64,000 nucleotides of DNA from Chthoniobacteraceae bacterium. Lineage in GTDB: Bacteria > Verrucomicrobiota > Verrucomicrobiia > Chthoniobacterales > Chthoniobacteraceae. Both the position numbers and the translations under genes were made by a program. This document shows positions 16,394 through 27,800 of the stretch, in pieces (the stretch's first letter is position 1; each line of letters begins with the position of its first letter). The stretch lies in contig JBEBGD010000016.1 of the NCBI GenBank assembly GCA_040081625.1, forward strand, positions 1 through 64,000, given 5' to 3'. The notes beneath the pieces are model-generated. The model did not search any database. It was not told where the DNA came from and saw only the letters and a list, made by a program, of their open reading frames with translations.

Positions 16394-19107
16394 GAGATGT
16401 GTTCGATGAGTTGCGCGGTGCCGGCCTGGAAGACGACGGGCACGAGGAGTTCGCGCGCGCCGTTGGATTCGCGGATGACTGGCTGCGCGCCGGGAAAATG
16501 CAGCCGCACCTTTTCCTCCACGAGGAAAGCGCCGTCCTTCTGCGCTTCGATCTTCGCGCCCACTGCTGCGCGGAAGTAAAGTTTGCCCGCGGGCGCCTGC
16601 TTCGCCTTGAGCGTGATCGTGCGGTGCAGGTCCGCGTCGGCATCGTTTTGCACGGCGGCGGAGAAGTCCTCCACGTCGATGCCATCGTAGGTGTAGCGGA
16701 ATGTCGGGCGGCGTTTGTCGTCGAGGCGGTAACCGCGGAATTGGTAGCCGGCGTCGCGACCCCTGGCGGCGGGCCACGGGTCGTTCTCGCTCGCGAGCAC
16801 GGCGAACGGCGCGCCGGGCGGGCCGCTCACGACATTCGAGCCGAGCGGTTTCTCGAAGCCCTGGCCGCGACCGCTGCGATGTTTGGCGGCGTCGATGAAT
16901 GAGCCCTGCCAGATCATCGCCAGCCGCATCTCGTTTGCGTCGAAGCAGAGGTTCGCCTTCTCCGGATAGCCGACGCCGATCGCGTGCGCGCCGCCGCCTT
17001 CGATGAAGTTGCGATAGATCACCGGCTCGGTCGTCGCGACGAGTTCCATCTTCCCTCGCACGAGGCCGGCGGGCAGGTCGGTGAAGTTCTTCCGCGCGAG
17101 ATACGCCCAGATCGCGGCGAGCTGCTTCTCCGCGTCGCCGCCGAGGATGTCCTTGTTTGCCCCCACGCCGCCGGGCCAGAACGGCGGCATGCGCGTGCCG
17201 GGCCGCAGGCTTTGCGGGTCGAGCATGTAGCGGCGGAACCAGTCCCACTTCAGCCGTTCGCCCGCATTCGCGAGGTCGAGCGCGGGCACGCCGAGCGACG
17301 CATTTCCGGCGAAGACGTGACACGCGATGCAAGAGAGCCCGCCGGTGCCGACGAGCTTGCGGCCGAACTTGTTCGCGTCGCCCGCGACGCCGGGCGCGAA
17401 GACATCCGGCTGCGGCAGCGCATCGGGACGCGCGTCGGCTTTCTCAAAAAGCTCCGGCAGGTGCGCGGTGTTCGCGGTGCCGTAGCTCGGCATCCGCGTG
17501 GCCATGTAGGGACGCACTTTCTCGCCTTGATCGAGCACGGTCTTGATCCACTCCGGGCGCAGCTTCGCGCCGACGTTTGTGAGCGAGGGCGGCACGCTGC
17601 CTTCCTCGCCGAGATCGACTTCACCGACGCTCGCAAGGTAATCGCGCCGCAGTCCCTCGGGCCCGCCGCGCTTTTCGCGCGCGTGGCAGGCGTAGCAGTT
17701 GAGCGTCGTCATCGTGCGGCGGATGCGCTGCTCGTCTTCGAGCGGGATGTCGAGCGTCGCCTGCTGCTGGAGCAAGGCGAGGATCACCTGCCGCTGGCGG
17801 TCGGTGATGTCGAACTTCGGCACATTCGCCGCCAGCTTCGTGCTGAGGCAGCCGCGCGGCTGGCGCGCGGCGATCTGCGGCAGCGGGATCGACTTGCGTC
17901 CGGGCGCATCGAGCTGATGGCACGCGGCGCAATTCAACTCGGTGAAGAATTGCTTCCCGCGCGCGACCTTCGCGGCATCGACGGCGAACGGCGCGTCGCC
18001 GAGCGGGCGCATCGGCTGCGTGTCGTGCGTGAAGAGTGTTTCTGGAATGTTCGCCATTTTCTGGCCGGGCGCCTTCCAGCGGACCGTCAGCGCCGTGTCG
18101 CCGCCGCCGTCGAAATACGTGAGCAGGAAGGTGTGCGCGCCGGCCTTGAGATCGACTTCGCCGGTGCGCTCCTGCTTCGGGTGAATGCCGCCGTTGTCCA
18201 CGACGAGCCGTCCGTCGATGTAGAGCCGCGAGCCATCATCGCTCTCGGTCATGAATGTGTATGTGCCGTCCTTCGGCACGACGATGTTGCCGCGGAAACG
18301 CAGTGCGAAGCCGTTCGTCCGCTTTGCGACCGCGAGCGATGGCGACGCTGCCACGTCAGTGAGCGTGGGCGTGAGCCGGTCGAACTCCGGCAGCTCCGGC
18401 AGATCCTTTTCGTAGTAGTCGTAGTGCAAGCCGGCCGCGCTGACGCTTGCCCCGGCGGGCACCTGCTCGCGCAGTAGATACATCGCGATCGCCTCGGCCT
18501 CGGGCTCGCTCAGGTTCATGCCCGGCATGCGCCCGGACGGGCGCGCCTTGAGCGGGTCGCGCAGGAAACGCGTGAGTTCGGTGACGCTGAATTTCTTCGC
18601 GATGCCCTCGCCGAGCGGCACCGACGTGGCGCGAAGCTGCGCGAACCTGGGATCGCCCTCCCTGCCTTTCGGAGCAGTCAGAGGTGCGTGGCACATCGCG
18701 CAGCCGAGCGTGTGGTAAAGCCGTTCGCCCTCCGCGATCGCCGACGCGCTCGCTCCGCGGCCGGTCGCAGGCGCTGCGGGCTGGAGGCTCACGAGGAAAT
18801 GCGTGAGCGCCTCGGCAGCCTCGGCCTTCTGCTCCGGCGGCAGCGCGTGCAGCAGGTCGGGCATGAGCGTGCCGGGGCTCGTCGTCTGCGGGGCGGTGAG
18901 AAATTCGCGCAACCATTGCGGCGTCGCGCGCACACCGTCGGCTCCGAGTCGCGGCGACTGGCGCGGTGCGAGGCGCGAGTGGAGCGGCGCGGCGACTTCG
19001 TGACACGCGACGCAATTCATCTCGCTGAGCAGGATTTCGCCGGGAGTCACCTCCGCGTGTGCGACGACGACGGAGAACGTGAAAGCGAGGAAGGCGTGGC
19101 GGAGCAT
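16387..19107 (-). CDS. Secreted pentaheme c-type cytochrome with PA14 domain
   Basis: Signal peptide [43 protein letters not shown], most followed by a P..MP distal-ligand motif; PA14 FALRFRG...[12 protein letters not shown]. Confidence 0.92.
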   Translation of the reverse strand: MLRHAFLAFTFSVVVAHAEVTPGEILLSEMNCVACHEVAAPLHSRLAPRQSPRLGADGVRATPQWLREFLTAPQTTSPGTLMPDLLHALPPEQKAEAAEALTHFLVSLQPAAPATGRGASASAIAEGERLYHTLGCAMCHAPLTAPKGREGDPRFAQLRATSVPLGEGIAKKFSVTELTRFLRDPLKARPSGRMPGMNLSEPEAEAIAMYLLREQVPAGASVSAAGLHYDYYEKDLPELPEFDRLTPTLTDVAASPSLAVAKRTNGFALRFRGNIVVPKDGTYTFMTESDDGSRLYIDGRLVVDNGGIHPKQERTGEVDLKAGAHTFLLTYFDGGGDTALTVRWKAPGQKMANIPETLFTHDTQPMRPLGDAPFAVDAAKVARGKQFFTELNCAACHQLDAPGRKSIPLPQIAARQPRGCLSTKLAANVPKFDITDRQRQVILALLQQQATLDIPLEDEQRIRRTMTTLNCYACHAREKRGGPEGLRRDYLASVGEVDLGEEGSVPPSLTNVGAKLRPEWIKTVLDQGEKVRPYMATRMPSYGTANTAHLPELFEKADARPDALPQPDVFAPGVAGDANKFGRKLVGTGGLSCIACHVFAGNASLGVPALDLANAGERLKWDWFRRYMLDPQSLRPGTRMPPFWPGGVGANKDILGGDAEKQLAAIWAYLARKNFTDLPAGLVRGKMELVATTEPVIYRNFIEGGGAHAIGVGYPEKANLCFDANEMRLAMIWQGSFIDAAKHRSGRGQGFEKPLGSNVVSGPPGAPFAVLASENDPWPAARGRDAGYQFRGYRLDDKRRPTFRYTYDGIDVEDFSAAVQNDADADLHRTITLKAKQAPAGKLYFRAAVGAKIEAQKDGAFLVEEKVRLHFPGAQPVIRESNGARELLVPVVFQAGTAQLIEHISW

Positions 19108-19247
19108 GTGGCCGGATGAATCGGCGAACGAACGGTTCCTTGGCAAGGAAGGATCGCCGCTTTCGCCCACCGCCTGCCGATTCGTCGGCGGAAAAAACCG
19201 CTTGCGCCTCCCTCTCGCGACACTCACTTTCGCCGCCCGCTGAACAC

Positions 19248-19320
19248 GGGGTCTTAGCTCAGTTGGTAGAGCGCCTCAATGGCATTGAGGAGGTCAGGGG
19301 TTCGAACCCCCTAGGCTCCA
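19248..19320 (+). tRNA. tRNA-Ala (GGC)
   Basis: 73-nt cloverleaf GGGGTCTTAGCTCAGTTGGTAGAGCG...CCTCA-ATGGCAT-TGAGG...GGTTCGAACC...AGGCTCCA; G3:U70 Ala determinant; CCA not encoded. Confidence 0.97.
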
Positions 19321-19322
19321 TT

Positions 19323-20978
19323 TCACGGCGCGCCGAACACCGCGCCGGACAGCCCCGGAAGCGTGATCTGCCCAGCCTCGTGCGCGACTCCGTCGTCCGT
19401 GGCCAAGAGCACGCCGCCGGGCGCCTCGATGCGCATTGTCTGAGGTTGTTCGCTGCGATTGAGCACGATGAGCAGGCGCCCACGGGTGAAGGCGATCGAT
19501 TGCTGCGCATCGAAAGGCGTGATCGCGATGTCCGCCCGGCGCAGTTCCGGGTGCTCGCGGCGCAGGGCGATCGCGGACTTGTAGAAGGCGAAGAGCGCGG
19601 CGTCTGCGGTGTCCCAGCGCATCGGCATCCGGCAGTCGGGGTCGCGCCCGCCCCACATGCCGGCTTCGTCGCCGTAGTAGATCATCGGCGCGCCGGGCGC
19701 GGTCATTTGGAATAGGACGACGAGCTTTTGGATGCGGCGGTCGCGTTCGTCGGGTGCGCGCGTCTGGTAGCCGGGCGTCTTCTCGGCGGAGTTGTCGGTG
19801 TTGAAGGGGATGTTGCCCGCGTCGTCGTAGCGCGCGGTGGCGCGGTTCACGATCATCGACGCGAGGCGCGCGGTGTCGTGCGACGCGATGAGATTTTGCG
19901 CCGCGGGCGGCAGGGCGATGAAACGCGCGAAACGGCTCGCGGGAATCCGCCCGTCGATGAGGAAGCCTTTCACCGGATACGCGAAGCCCTCGTAGTTCAT
20001 CGCGGCTGAGAAGTGCGCGTCGCGAACGAGGCGCGCGCTGTCCTTCCACACCTCGGCGGAGGTGAAGGCGGCGGGGTTGATCGCGCGGACGTGCGTGTGC
20101 CAGTCGGTCCAGAACTTCACGGGCACCTGATCCGCGGCATCGAGCCGCCAGCCATCGATGCCGTCGCGCGGGTCGCCATCGCCATCCGGGTCCATCCAGC
20201 GGCGCGTGATGTCGAGCAGGTAGGTCTTCACCCCCGGCGCGAAGTCGGAGGTGTGCGCGAACTCGGGCAGTCGCTCGCTGCCGGCCCAGCCGCGATATTT
20301 GAAATGCGGCGCGAAACTCTCGATCGCATACCAGTCGCGGAAGCGCGAGGCGGCGTGCTTGTCGCGCACGTCGCGGAAGGCGAAAAAACCGCGGCCGGTG
20401 TGGTTGAAGACGCCGTCGATGATGACGCGCATGCCGCGCGCGTGTGCGGCTTTCACGAGTTCGAGGAAGAGCTTGTCCGCGGCAGTCCAGCGCCACGTCT
20501 TAGGATCCTCCGTCTCGCCGCGAATGAGCGCGAGATCGCCGCGCGGATCGGGGCCGAAGTGCGGGTCGATGTGGTGCAGGCTGTCGGCGTCGTATTTGTG
20601 CAGCGAGCGCGCGTGGAAGACGGGGTTGAAGTAGAGCGCGGTGATGCCGAGGCCGGCGAGGTAGTCGAGCTTGTCGATGACGCCGCGCAGATCGCCGCCG
20701 TAGCGCCGCTCATTGACGTGCCAGTAGAAGTTCGGCCCCAGCTCACGCTCCCACTCGTCGCGCGTGAACCAGTCGCCGCCCCACGGCGTGACGCGCCACT
20801 TCGCCGACGGCGCGACCGGTTCCTCGAGTGAGTCGCGCGCGGGGTCGTTCGTCGCGTCGCCATTGCGGAAGCGCTCGGGAAGAATCTGATACCACACCGC
20901 ATCGACGGCCCAATCCGGCGGCCCCGCGGTCGCGAACGTGTTGAACAATGCAATGATGAGAGCGTGTGCGGCGCGCAT
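19323..20978 (-). CDS. GH13 neopullulanase/cyclomaltodextrinase-like alpha-amylase, signal peptide
   Basis: AVWYQILPERFRNGD, YGGDLRGVIDKLDYL, IIDGVFNH, DGWRLDAA (nucleophile), AEVW (acid/base), ASHD, GAPMIYYGDEAGM, DPDCRMPM. Confidence 0.95.
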   Translation of the reverse strand: MRAAHALIIALFNTFATAGPPDWAVDAVWYQILPERFRNGDATNDPARDSLEEPVAPSAKWRVTPWGGDWFTRDEWERELGPNFYWHVNERRYGGDLRGVIDKLDYLAGLGITALYFNPVFHARSLHKYDADSLHHIDPHFGPDPRGDLALIRGETEDPKTWRWTAADKLFLELVKAAHARGMRVIIDGVFNHTGRGFFAFRDVRDKHAASRFRDWYAIESFAPHFKYRGWAGSERLPEFAHTSDFAPGVKTYLLDITRRWMDPDGDGDPRDGIDGWRLDAADQVPVKFWTDWHTHVRAINPAAFTSAEVWKDSARLVRDAHFSAAMNYEGFAYPVKGFLIDGRIPASRFARFIALPPAAQNLIASHDTARLASMIVNRATARYDDAGNIPFNTDNSAEKTPGYQTRAPDERDRRIQKLVVLFQMTAPGAPMIYYGDEAGMWGGRDPDCRMPMRWDTADAALFAFYKSAIALRREHPELRRADIAITPFDAQQSIAFTRGRLLIVLNRSEQPQTMRIEAPGGVLLATDDGVAHEAGQITLPGLSGAVFGAP

Positions 20979-21003
20979 CGGCCCGATAGATTGCCGCCCT
21001 CCC

Positions 21004-22431
21004 ATGCAAAAACCCAAGCTCTCCTTCCTCGAAATCTGGAACATGAGTTTCGGCTTCGTCGGCATTCAGTTCGGCTTCGGGCTGCAGCTCGCGAACATGA
21101 GCGCGATCTACGCGAAGCTCGGCGCGGAGCCCTCGAAGATCCCGCTGCTGTGGCTCGCCGGGCCGATGACGGGGCTGCTCGTGCAGCCGATCATCGGCAG
21201 CATGAGTGATCGCACGTGGAACCGGCTCGGGCGGCGCCGGCCGTATTTCACCGTGGGCGCGATCCTCGCGAGCACGGCGCTCTTTTTCATGCCCGACGCG
21301 CCGGCGCTGTGGGTCGCGGCGGCGATGCTGTGGGTGCTCGACGCGAGCATCAATGTGTCGATGGAGCCGTTCCGCGCGTTCGTGGCGGACAAGCTGCCGG
21401 TCGCGCAGCGCACGAGCGGGTTTGTGATGCAGAGCTTCTTCATCGGCATCGGCGCGGCGGTGGCGAATGTGCTGCCGACGGTCTTCGAGCATTGCGGCGT
21501 GAGCGGGCAGGCGGCGAACGGCGTGCCGCTCACGGTCGTGTATTCGTTCAAGCTCGGCGCCGCGGCGTTCCTCGGCGCGGTGCTCTATACCGCTTTCACC
21601 ACGCGCGAGTATCCGCCCGAGGACATGGAGGAGTTCCGGCGCATGAAGCGGACGGAGCGGACGTTTCATTTCCGGCCGGTGTTCCTCCTCGTCGGCGCGC
21701 TCGCCGGCGCGCTGCTCGGCGCGTCGCGCGGTGCGCTGGTCGAGCATCACCTCACGATCTGGCACGTGCTCGCGGGCGGCGGGATCGGCGCGGCGATCGG
21801 GCTCGTGCTGAGCGGGCCGGAAGTCTCCGCCGCACTCGTCGCGATGCCGCGCACGATGAAGCAGCTCGCGGTCGTGCAGTTCTTCACGTGGCTCGGCTTG
21901 TTCTGCATGTGGATGTTCTTCGGCCTCGCGACCGCGCAGCAGATTTTCGGGACGCTCGACCCGAAGTCCGCCGCGTTCGATGCCGGCACCGCCTTCGCCG
22001 GGCAGACGTTCGCGTGGTATTCGATCGTGTGCGTGCTCGCGGCCTTCATCCTCGTTCCGATCTCGCGCCGGACGAGCCGCAAGGCGGTGCACAGCCTCGC
22101 GCTCATCGCGGGCGGCGTGTGCCTGGTCGCGAGCGGCTTCATCCACGACCGGATCGCGTGGCAATGCACGATGATCGGCGTCGGCATAGCGTGGGCGTCG
22201 ATTCTCTCGATGCCCTACGCGATGCTCAGCAGCGCGCTGCCTCCCGGGCGCATGGGCGTGTATATGGGCATCTTCAATTTCTTCATCGTGATCCCCGAGA
22301 TCCTCGCGAGCCTCGCGCTCGAGCCGGTGGTGAAGGAGCTCTTCGGCAATGATCCCGTGAAGGTCGTGATGCTCGGCGGCGCGTCGCTGCTCGTGGCGGC
22401 GGTGGCGACGCAGTTCGTGAAGGACGAATGA
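21004..22431 (+). CDS. MFS transporter, SLC45/maltose-sucrose:H+ symporter type (copy 1)
   Basis: [70 protein letters not shown]. Confidence 0.93.
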   Translation: MQKPKLSFLEIWNMSFGFVGIQFGFGLQLANMSAIYAKLGAEPSKIPLLWLAGPMTGLLVQPIIGSMSDRTWNRLGRRRPYFTVGAILASTALFFMPDAPALWVAAAMLWVLDASINVSMEPFRAFVADKLPVAQRTSGFVMQSFFIGIGAAVANVLPTVFEHCGVSGQAANGVPLTVVYSFKLGAAAFLGAVLYTAFTTREYPPEDMEEFRRMKRTERTFHFRPVFLLVGALAGALLGASRGALVEHHLTIWHVLAGGGIGAAIGLVLSGPEVSAALVAMPRTMKQLAVVQFFTWLGLFCMWMFFGLATAQQIFGTLDPKSAAFDAGTAFAGQTFAWYSIVCVLAAFILVPISRRTSRKAVHSLALIAGGVCLVASGFIHDRIAWQCTMIGVGIAWASILSMPYAMLSSALPPGRMGVYMGIFNFFIVIPEILASLALEPVVKELFGNDPVKVVMLGGASLLVAAVATQFVKDE

Positions 22432-23702
22432 AACAGCCTCTCTCGTTCTGGGCGCTCTGGAACATGAGCTTCGGCTTTTGCGGCCTGCAATTCGGCTGGT
22501 CGCTCCAGGGCGCGAACATGACGGCCATTTATGAATACCTCGGCGCCACGCCCGAGCGCATCCCGCTGCTGTGGCTCGCGTCCTCGCTGAGCGGACTGCT
22601 CGTGCAGCCGCTGATCGGGCACTTCAGCGATCACACGCGCAGCCGGTTCGGAAGGCGTCGTCCGTTCATGCTCGGCGGCGCGATCCTCAGCGCCGTCGCG
22701 CTCGTGCTGATGCCGAACTCGACTTCGATCTGGATGGCCGCCGCGCTGCTCTGGTTGCTCGACGCGGCGATCAATACCTCGATGCATCCGTTCCGCGCCT
22801 TCGTCGCCGAGACGCTGCCGGCGTCGCAGCACGCGCGCGGCTTCGCCATGCAGAGCCTCTTCATCGGCCTCGGCGCGACGGTCGCGACGGCGCTGCCGTG
22901 GATCATGACGAACTGGTTTCACGTCGCCGCCTCGGCGGAGAAGACCATCCCGGCTTCCGTGCGCTACGCGTTCTACATCGGCGCGGCTGCCTTCGTCGGC
23001 GCGGTCGTGTGGACGGTGTCGACCACGCGCGAACTTCCGCCCGACGAAGCCGCCCCGCCGCGCACCGGCTGGCTGCGCGCGCTCGTGCGCGCAGTCGCAG
23101 AAATGCCGCGCGTGATGTGGCAGATCGGTCTCGTGCAGGCCTGCTCCTGGCTTGGCTTGTTCTGCTTTTTCCTCTACTTCCCCACGGCCGTCGCACGCGA
23201 TGTCTTCGGCGCGGCGGACGAGAAGTCGCCGCTTTTCCGCGAAGGCCTCGAGTGGGCGGGCCTGTGCTTCTCGCTCTTCTCAGTCGTCACCGCCGCGTTC
23301 TCCTTCATCCTCCTCGCGGTTTCCCAACGCGTGTCGCGCAGGACGATCCATACCGCCTGCCTGCTCATCGGCGCGGCGGGTCTCGCCGCGATGCCTGCGA
23401 TCCACTCGAAGTGGCCGCTGCTCATCTCGATGGCCGCGTTCGGCATCGCGTGGGCGAGCATCCTCTCGATGCCCTACGCCATGCTCGCCGGCGCGCTGCC
23501 GCCGCACCAGACGGGCATCTACATGGGCCTCTTCAATCTTTTCATCGTCGTCCCGCAGCTCACCGGCTCGCTCGGCTTCGGATGGGTCATGCAGCATCTG
23601 CTCGGAAACAGCCGGGTCTCCGCGGTCGTCGTCGGCGGCGCGCTGCTGGCCGCGGGCGCGATCGCGACGCAGTTCGTCCGGGAGGAGAAGGCGGTGGCTT
23701 AG
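22428..23702 (+). CDS. MFS transporter, SLC45/maltose-sucrose:H+ symporter type (copy 2)
   Basis: LWNMSFGFCGLQFGWSLQ, GRRRPF, MHPFRAFVAE, ILSMPY, GIYMGLFNLFIVVP; ATGA overlap with copy 1. Confidence 0.93.
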   Translation: MKQPLSFWALWNMSFGFCGLQFGWSLQGANMTAIYEYLGATPERIPLLWLASSLSGLLVQPLIGHFSDHTRSRFGRRRPFMLGGAILSAVALVLMPNSTSIWMAAALLWLLDAAINTSMHPFRAFVAETLPASQHARGFAMQSLFIGLGATVATALPWIMTNWFHVAASAEKTIPASVRYAFYIGAAAFVGAVVWTVSTTRELPPDEAAPPRTGWLRALVRAVAEMPRVMWQIGLVQACSWLGLFCFFLYFPTAVARDVFGAADEKSPLFREGLEWAGLCFSLFSVVTAAFSFILLAVSQRVSRRTIHTACLLIGAAGLAAMPAIHSKWPLLISMAAFGIAWASILSMPYAMLAGALPPHQTGIYMGLFNLFIVVPQLTGSLGFGWVMQHLLGNSRVSAVVVGGALLAAGAIATQFVREEKAVA

Positions 23703-24739
23703 CGTGGCCGCTGTTGTCGCGCGGTCGAGCCGGGCGTCCACTCGCTCGCGACCATCGTCGATTTTGCAAATGAAGGAACGCCGGCCTCGTTGCGGTGGAG
23801 TTGGCCGATGATCAAGTCGATCGCCGCCACGCCGACGTAATCGTTGTGCTGGTCCATGCCGGCCCACTCGGTCATGCCGGTCGTGCGGTCGAGGTGGATG
23901 AGGCCCACGTCGCGCGGCACGCGCACCTTCATCGCCGCCAGCCATGTTTTGATCTGCTCGTGGATGCAGATGATCACGTCGGGCTCGTGCTTGCGATACC
24001 ACGCCTCGAATGCCGCGGAGTCGGTGCGATCGAAGTCGCAGACCGGCACGCGATCCGCGCGCGGCAGCGTGTTCTGGCCGACGAAAAAGCCGGCGCTGAA
24101 TCGCTGTTCGACGTTCTGATCGACCTTTGCCTCGATCACCAGGCCGGGCCGCCGGTAGCCGAGCGCACGCGCCGCGGTGAAGGCCTCGCGCGCGGTTCCA
24201 TACTGGTCGTTGCTCGCGCTGTGGAGCAGCGGCTGCATCCGGCCGAGTCCCACGACCACGCACGCGAAGCTTTTCCAGATCCGATCGAAGGCCGCGGGCA
24301 GCACGCCGTCGTCGAGCACACCCATGATGACCAGCCCGCGGATGCCTCGCGACTCGAGGATGCCGATCAGCCGCTCCGCGTCGATGCGCGGCTCATGCAG
24401 CCAGAACTCATCGAGGCCGTAGCCGAGCTGCTCCGCGCGGCGGTGGCAGCCGGTCACCCAGTCGGTGAAAGTGCGATACTCCTTCAGCTTGCCGCGCTCG
24501 GTCGAGACATTGAGAAGCCCGAGCGTCGCCTGGTATTTCGGTGTCCGGTGGCTTCGCAGTTGCGCCATCAGCGCGGCGACGGTCGCGTTCGCGCGGTAGC
24601 CGAGCTGCGCGGCGGCTTCCTGCACGCGGCGGCGTGTCTCGGGAAGCAGCCGCGTGTCGTCGCGCAACGCGAGCGAAGCGGTGGACTTCCCGACGCCCGC
24701 GGCATCGGCAACTTGCTGAAGCGTGGGGCGATGGGTCAT
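23699..24739 (-). CDS. LacI-family transcriptional regulator
   Basis: HTH PTLQQVADAAGVGKSTASLALR...LGYRAN; sugar-binding domain ...VRVPRDVG. Confidence 0.93.
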   Translation of the reverse strand: MTHRPTLQQVADAAGVGKSTASLALRDDTRLLPETRRRVQEAAAQLGYRANATVAALMAQLRSHRTPKYQATLGLLNVSTERGKLKEYRTFTDWVTGCHRRAEQLGYGLDEFWLHEPRIDAERLIGILESRGIRGLVIMGVLDDGVLPAAFDRIWKSFACVVVGLGRMQPLLHSASNDQYGTAREAFTAARALGYRRPGLVIEAKVDQNVEQRFSAGFFVGQNTLPRADRVPVCDFDRTDSAAFEAWYRKHEPDVIICIHEQIKTWLAAMKVRVPRDVGLIHLDRTTGMTEWAGMDQHNDYVGVAAIDLIIGQLHRNEAGVPSFAKSTMVASEWTPGSTARQQRPR

Positions 24740-24858
24740 GGGCGTTGAACTGTGCAACGACGTGCGCATTGCCGGCAACTCGAATCTCCCCACAGTGCGC
24801 CCGCCGCGGAGACTCCCATCTTCGCGTTCCCGCACGAACAGCTCCCATCCGCACTGCC

Positions 24859-27800
24859 TTGAAAACACCGCGCCTATTCTCCCTACGCGCTCGCTCACGC
24901 CGCGCCCTCACCGCGACGATCCAGCCTGCCGTTCTCGCCCTGCTCATCTCACACGCATATGCCGGCAACACCTGGGACGGTGGCGGCGGCGACAACAACT
25001 GGGGCACCGGCGCGAACTGGAGCCCGGATGGCTCGCCCGCTCCCGGCAGCGGCAACGATCTGTTTTTCGCCGGCGGCACACGCCTGACGCCGTTCAACAA
25101 CTACACCGCCTTCGACGACTGGCGGAACATCTTCTTCAACGTCGGTGCGGGAGCCTTCAACATCACCGGCAACGCGATCGATCTTTTCGGCAAGATCGAG
25201 AACCTGAGCGCGACTGCGCAGACCTTCGGCCTGACTTCGATCGCGATGAACAGCGCGACCAACAACGAGTTCAACCCGGTCAACGGTGACCTCACGATCA
25301 CGAGCACTGACGTTTTCACCAACGGGAACCAGCTCAAGGTATTCGGAAATAACGGCTTCACGCTGACCTTTGGCGCCGGGACGATCATCAAGCAGGCGGG
25401 CTCGCTGTCGATCAACCAGAACAGCAACGTCGTCTTCAACAGCGTGCATACCTACACGGGCGACACGTTCATCAATGCGGGCAAGCTCCGCTTCAACGCC
25501 GGCGGTGGCGTGGCCACGTCGGTCATCCGGCTCGGCGACACGACCGGCGCGGCGAATGCGGCGCTCGATCTCACGGTCGCCACGGGCGGGCAGACGCTCG
25601 GCGGCACGGTCGTCTCGCGCGCGGGCAGCTCCGGCGTGCGGACGATCGATTCGCAGAATACCAGCGGCATGAATACGCTCAGCGCGGGACTTTTTCTCGA
25701 TGCGACGCTCACGCTCAAGCAGGCGGGCGGTGGCACGCTGACGATCGCGGGCGGCACGGTGGACATCAAAGGCCAGGCGTTCACCGTCGATGCCGCCGGC
25801 ACGGTTAGCGCGACGGGAATTGTCGGCAGTTCCTTCGGCGCGGGCGGCAGCCTCGTGAAGCAAGGCTCCGGCACGCTCCTGCTCTCGAACGCCGCCAACA
25901 ACTACACAGGCACGAACACCGCGACGCTCAACGCGAACGGCACGCAGATCGCCGCCGGCACGCTCGGCATCTCCGCCGATGGCAGCCTCGGCCTCGCGCC
26001 ATCGGGAGCTTACAACAACCTCCAGTTCACCGGCACCGCGACGCTTCAGAACACGGTGGGCAACATCTCGCTCAACGCGAATCGCAACGTCAGCGTCGCC
26101 AGCGCCGCCACCGCGACCTTCGACAACAACGGCAACACCTTTACGATCAATGGCGTCGTCAATGGCGCCGGCGGAAACGTCGCGACGACCGGCCCGGGCA
26201 CGGTCGTCCTTACCGCGGAGAACACTTACACCGGCACGACCGCGGTGAACGTCGGCATCCTCCAACTCGGCGGCGGGGGCGCGAGCGGTTCGATCACGAA
26301 CTCGAGCGGCATCACCGTGGCGGGCGGCGCGAAGCTCGCCGTCAACCGCAGCGACACGCTCACGATCCCGCAGGTGATCCAGGGCGCCGGCTCCGTCCGC
26401 AAGCTCGGCAGCGGCATCGTCGTGCTCAATGCAGCGAACACCTATACCGGCGGCACCGAGATCGACGAAGGCATCGTCCGCGTCGGCGCTGTCAATTCCC
26501 TCCCGATCGCCGGCGTGATCACGCTCGCGAACGTGGCCGGCGCGGCGCTCGATCTCAACGGCAACAACGCGACTATCGGTGCGCTCAGCGGCGGCGGCGC
26601 GCTCGGCGGCAACGTCACCCTCGGCAGCGCCACGCTCACCGTCGGCGATGCGACGAGCACGACCTACGGTGGCGGCATCTCCGGCGCCGGAGGGTCGATC
26701 ATCAAGCAAGGCACCGGCACCCTCACGCTCACCAACTCGAGCACCTACACCGGCAGCACCACGATCAACCTCGGAGCCATCCGAAGCGGAACGAACGACG
26801 CGCTGCCGGTCACGACCGCGCTCACCCTCGCCAATGCCGCAAGCGTCCTGCTCGACCTCGACGGCTTCATTCAAACCGTGGGCTCGCTCGCGGGCGGCGG
26901 CGGCGCGGGCGGCATGGTCGCGCTCGGCAGCGGCACGCTCACCGTCGGCGATTCCACACACACCAGCTTCGCCGGCACGATCTCCGGCACCGGTGGCTCG
27001 ATCATCAAGCAAGGCAGCGGCACGCTCACGCTCAGCGGCGCGAACACCTACTCCGGCACGACCACGATCAACGCCGGCACGCTCAGCATCGCCGACAGCA
27101 CCAATCTCGGCGACGCCTCGCCGGGCAACGACGTGACGCTCTCCGGCGGCACGCTCGAGGCGACCGGCACCTTCGGCCTCGGGAGCAACCGCGACATCGC
27201 GCTCGTCGGGGGCGGCGGCACGATCAACGTCGCGGGAAGCAACATCGTCATCGTCTCCGGACTGCTCAGCGGCATGGGCAGCCTCGCCAAGACCGGCTCC
27301 GGGACATTGATCCTCTCCGGCACGAATTCATCGTTCAACGGCATCCTCGAAATCAACGCCGGGAGCATCAGGGCCTCGGCGAGCGAGAACCTCGGCACCG
27401 GCGTCCTCCCGAATTCCCTCGTCTTTACTGGCGGCACCTTGGAAGCCATCGGCTCATTCAGCACCGGCACGCGCGGGATGAGCTTCGGCTCGGCTGGCGG
27501 CACCATCGACGTCACGGGGAGTAACGCCGTGACTTTCACGAGTTACATGACCGGCGTCGGCGGACTGACCAAGACCGGCCCCGGCCGACTCACGCTCGCC
27601 GCCGATAACAGCCTCTTTTATTCCGGCCCCATCGGCGTGAGCGACGGCACCCTCAGCGCCAGCGCGAGCGATCGCCTCGGCGACGGCTCCGTCTCGAACT
27701 CCCTCGCTTTCGCCGGAGGCACATTCGAAGCCACGGGCAGCTTCGATCTCGGCGCGAGCCGCACGGTGGCGGTCGGCGCGGGCGGCGGCACTTTCAAGGT

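Noticed and set aside
24745..24800. LacI operator between lacI and the PEP-CTERM gene
   Set aside because: Only imperfect or short palindromes (TGTGCAACGACGTGCGCA, TTGCCGGCAA), with no second copy seen at other promoters of the locus.
24541..24898. N-terminal extensions given by the ORF track (24541 and 24898; also 12484, 17332, 19227, 21065, 40623, 46803, 48096, 56169)
   Set aside because: They overlap neighbouring genes or precede clear signal peptides or family N-termini, so downstream starts were chosen.
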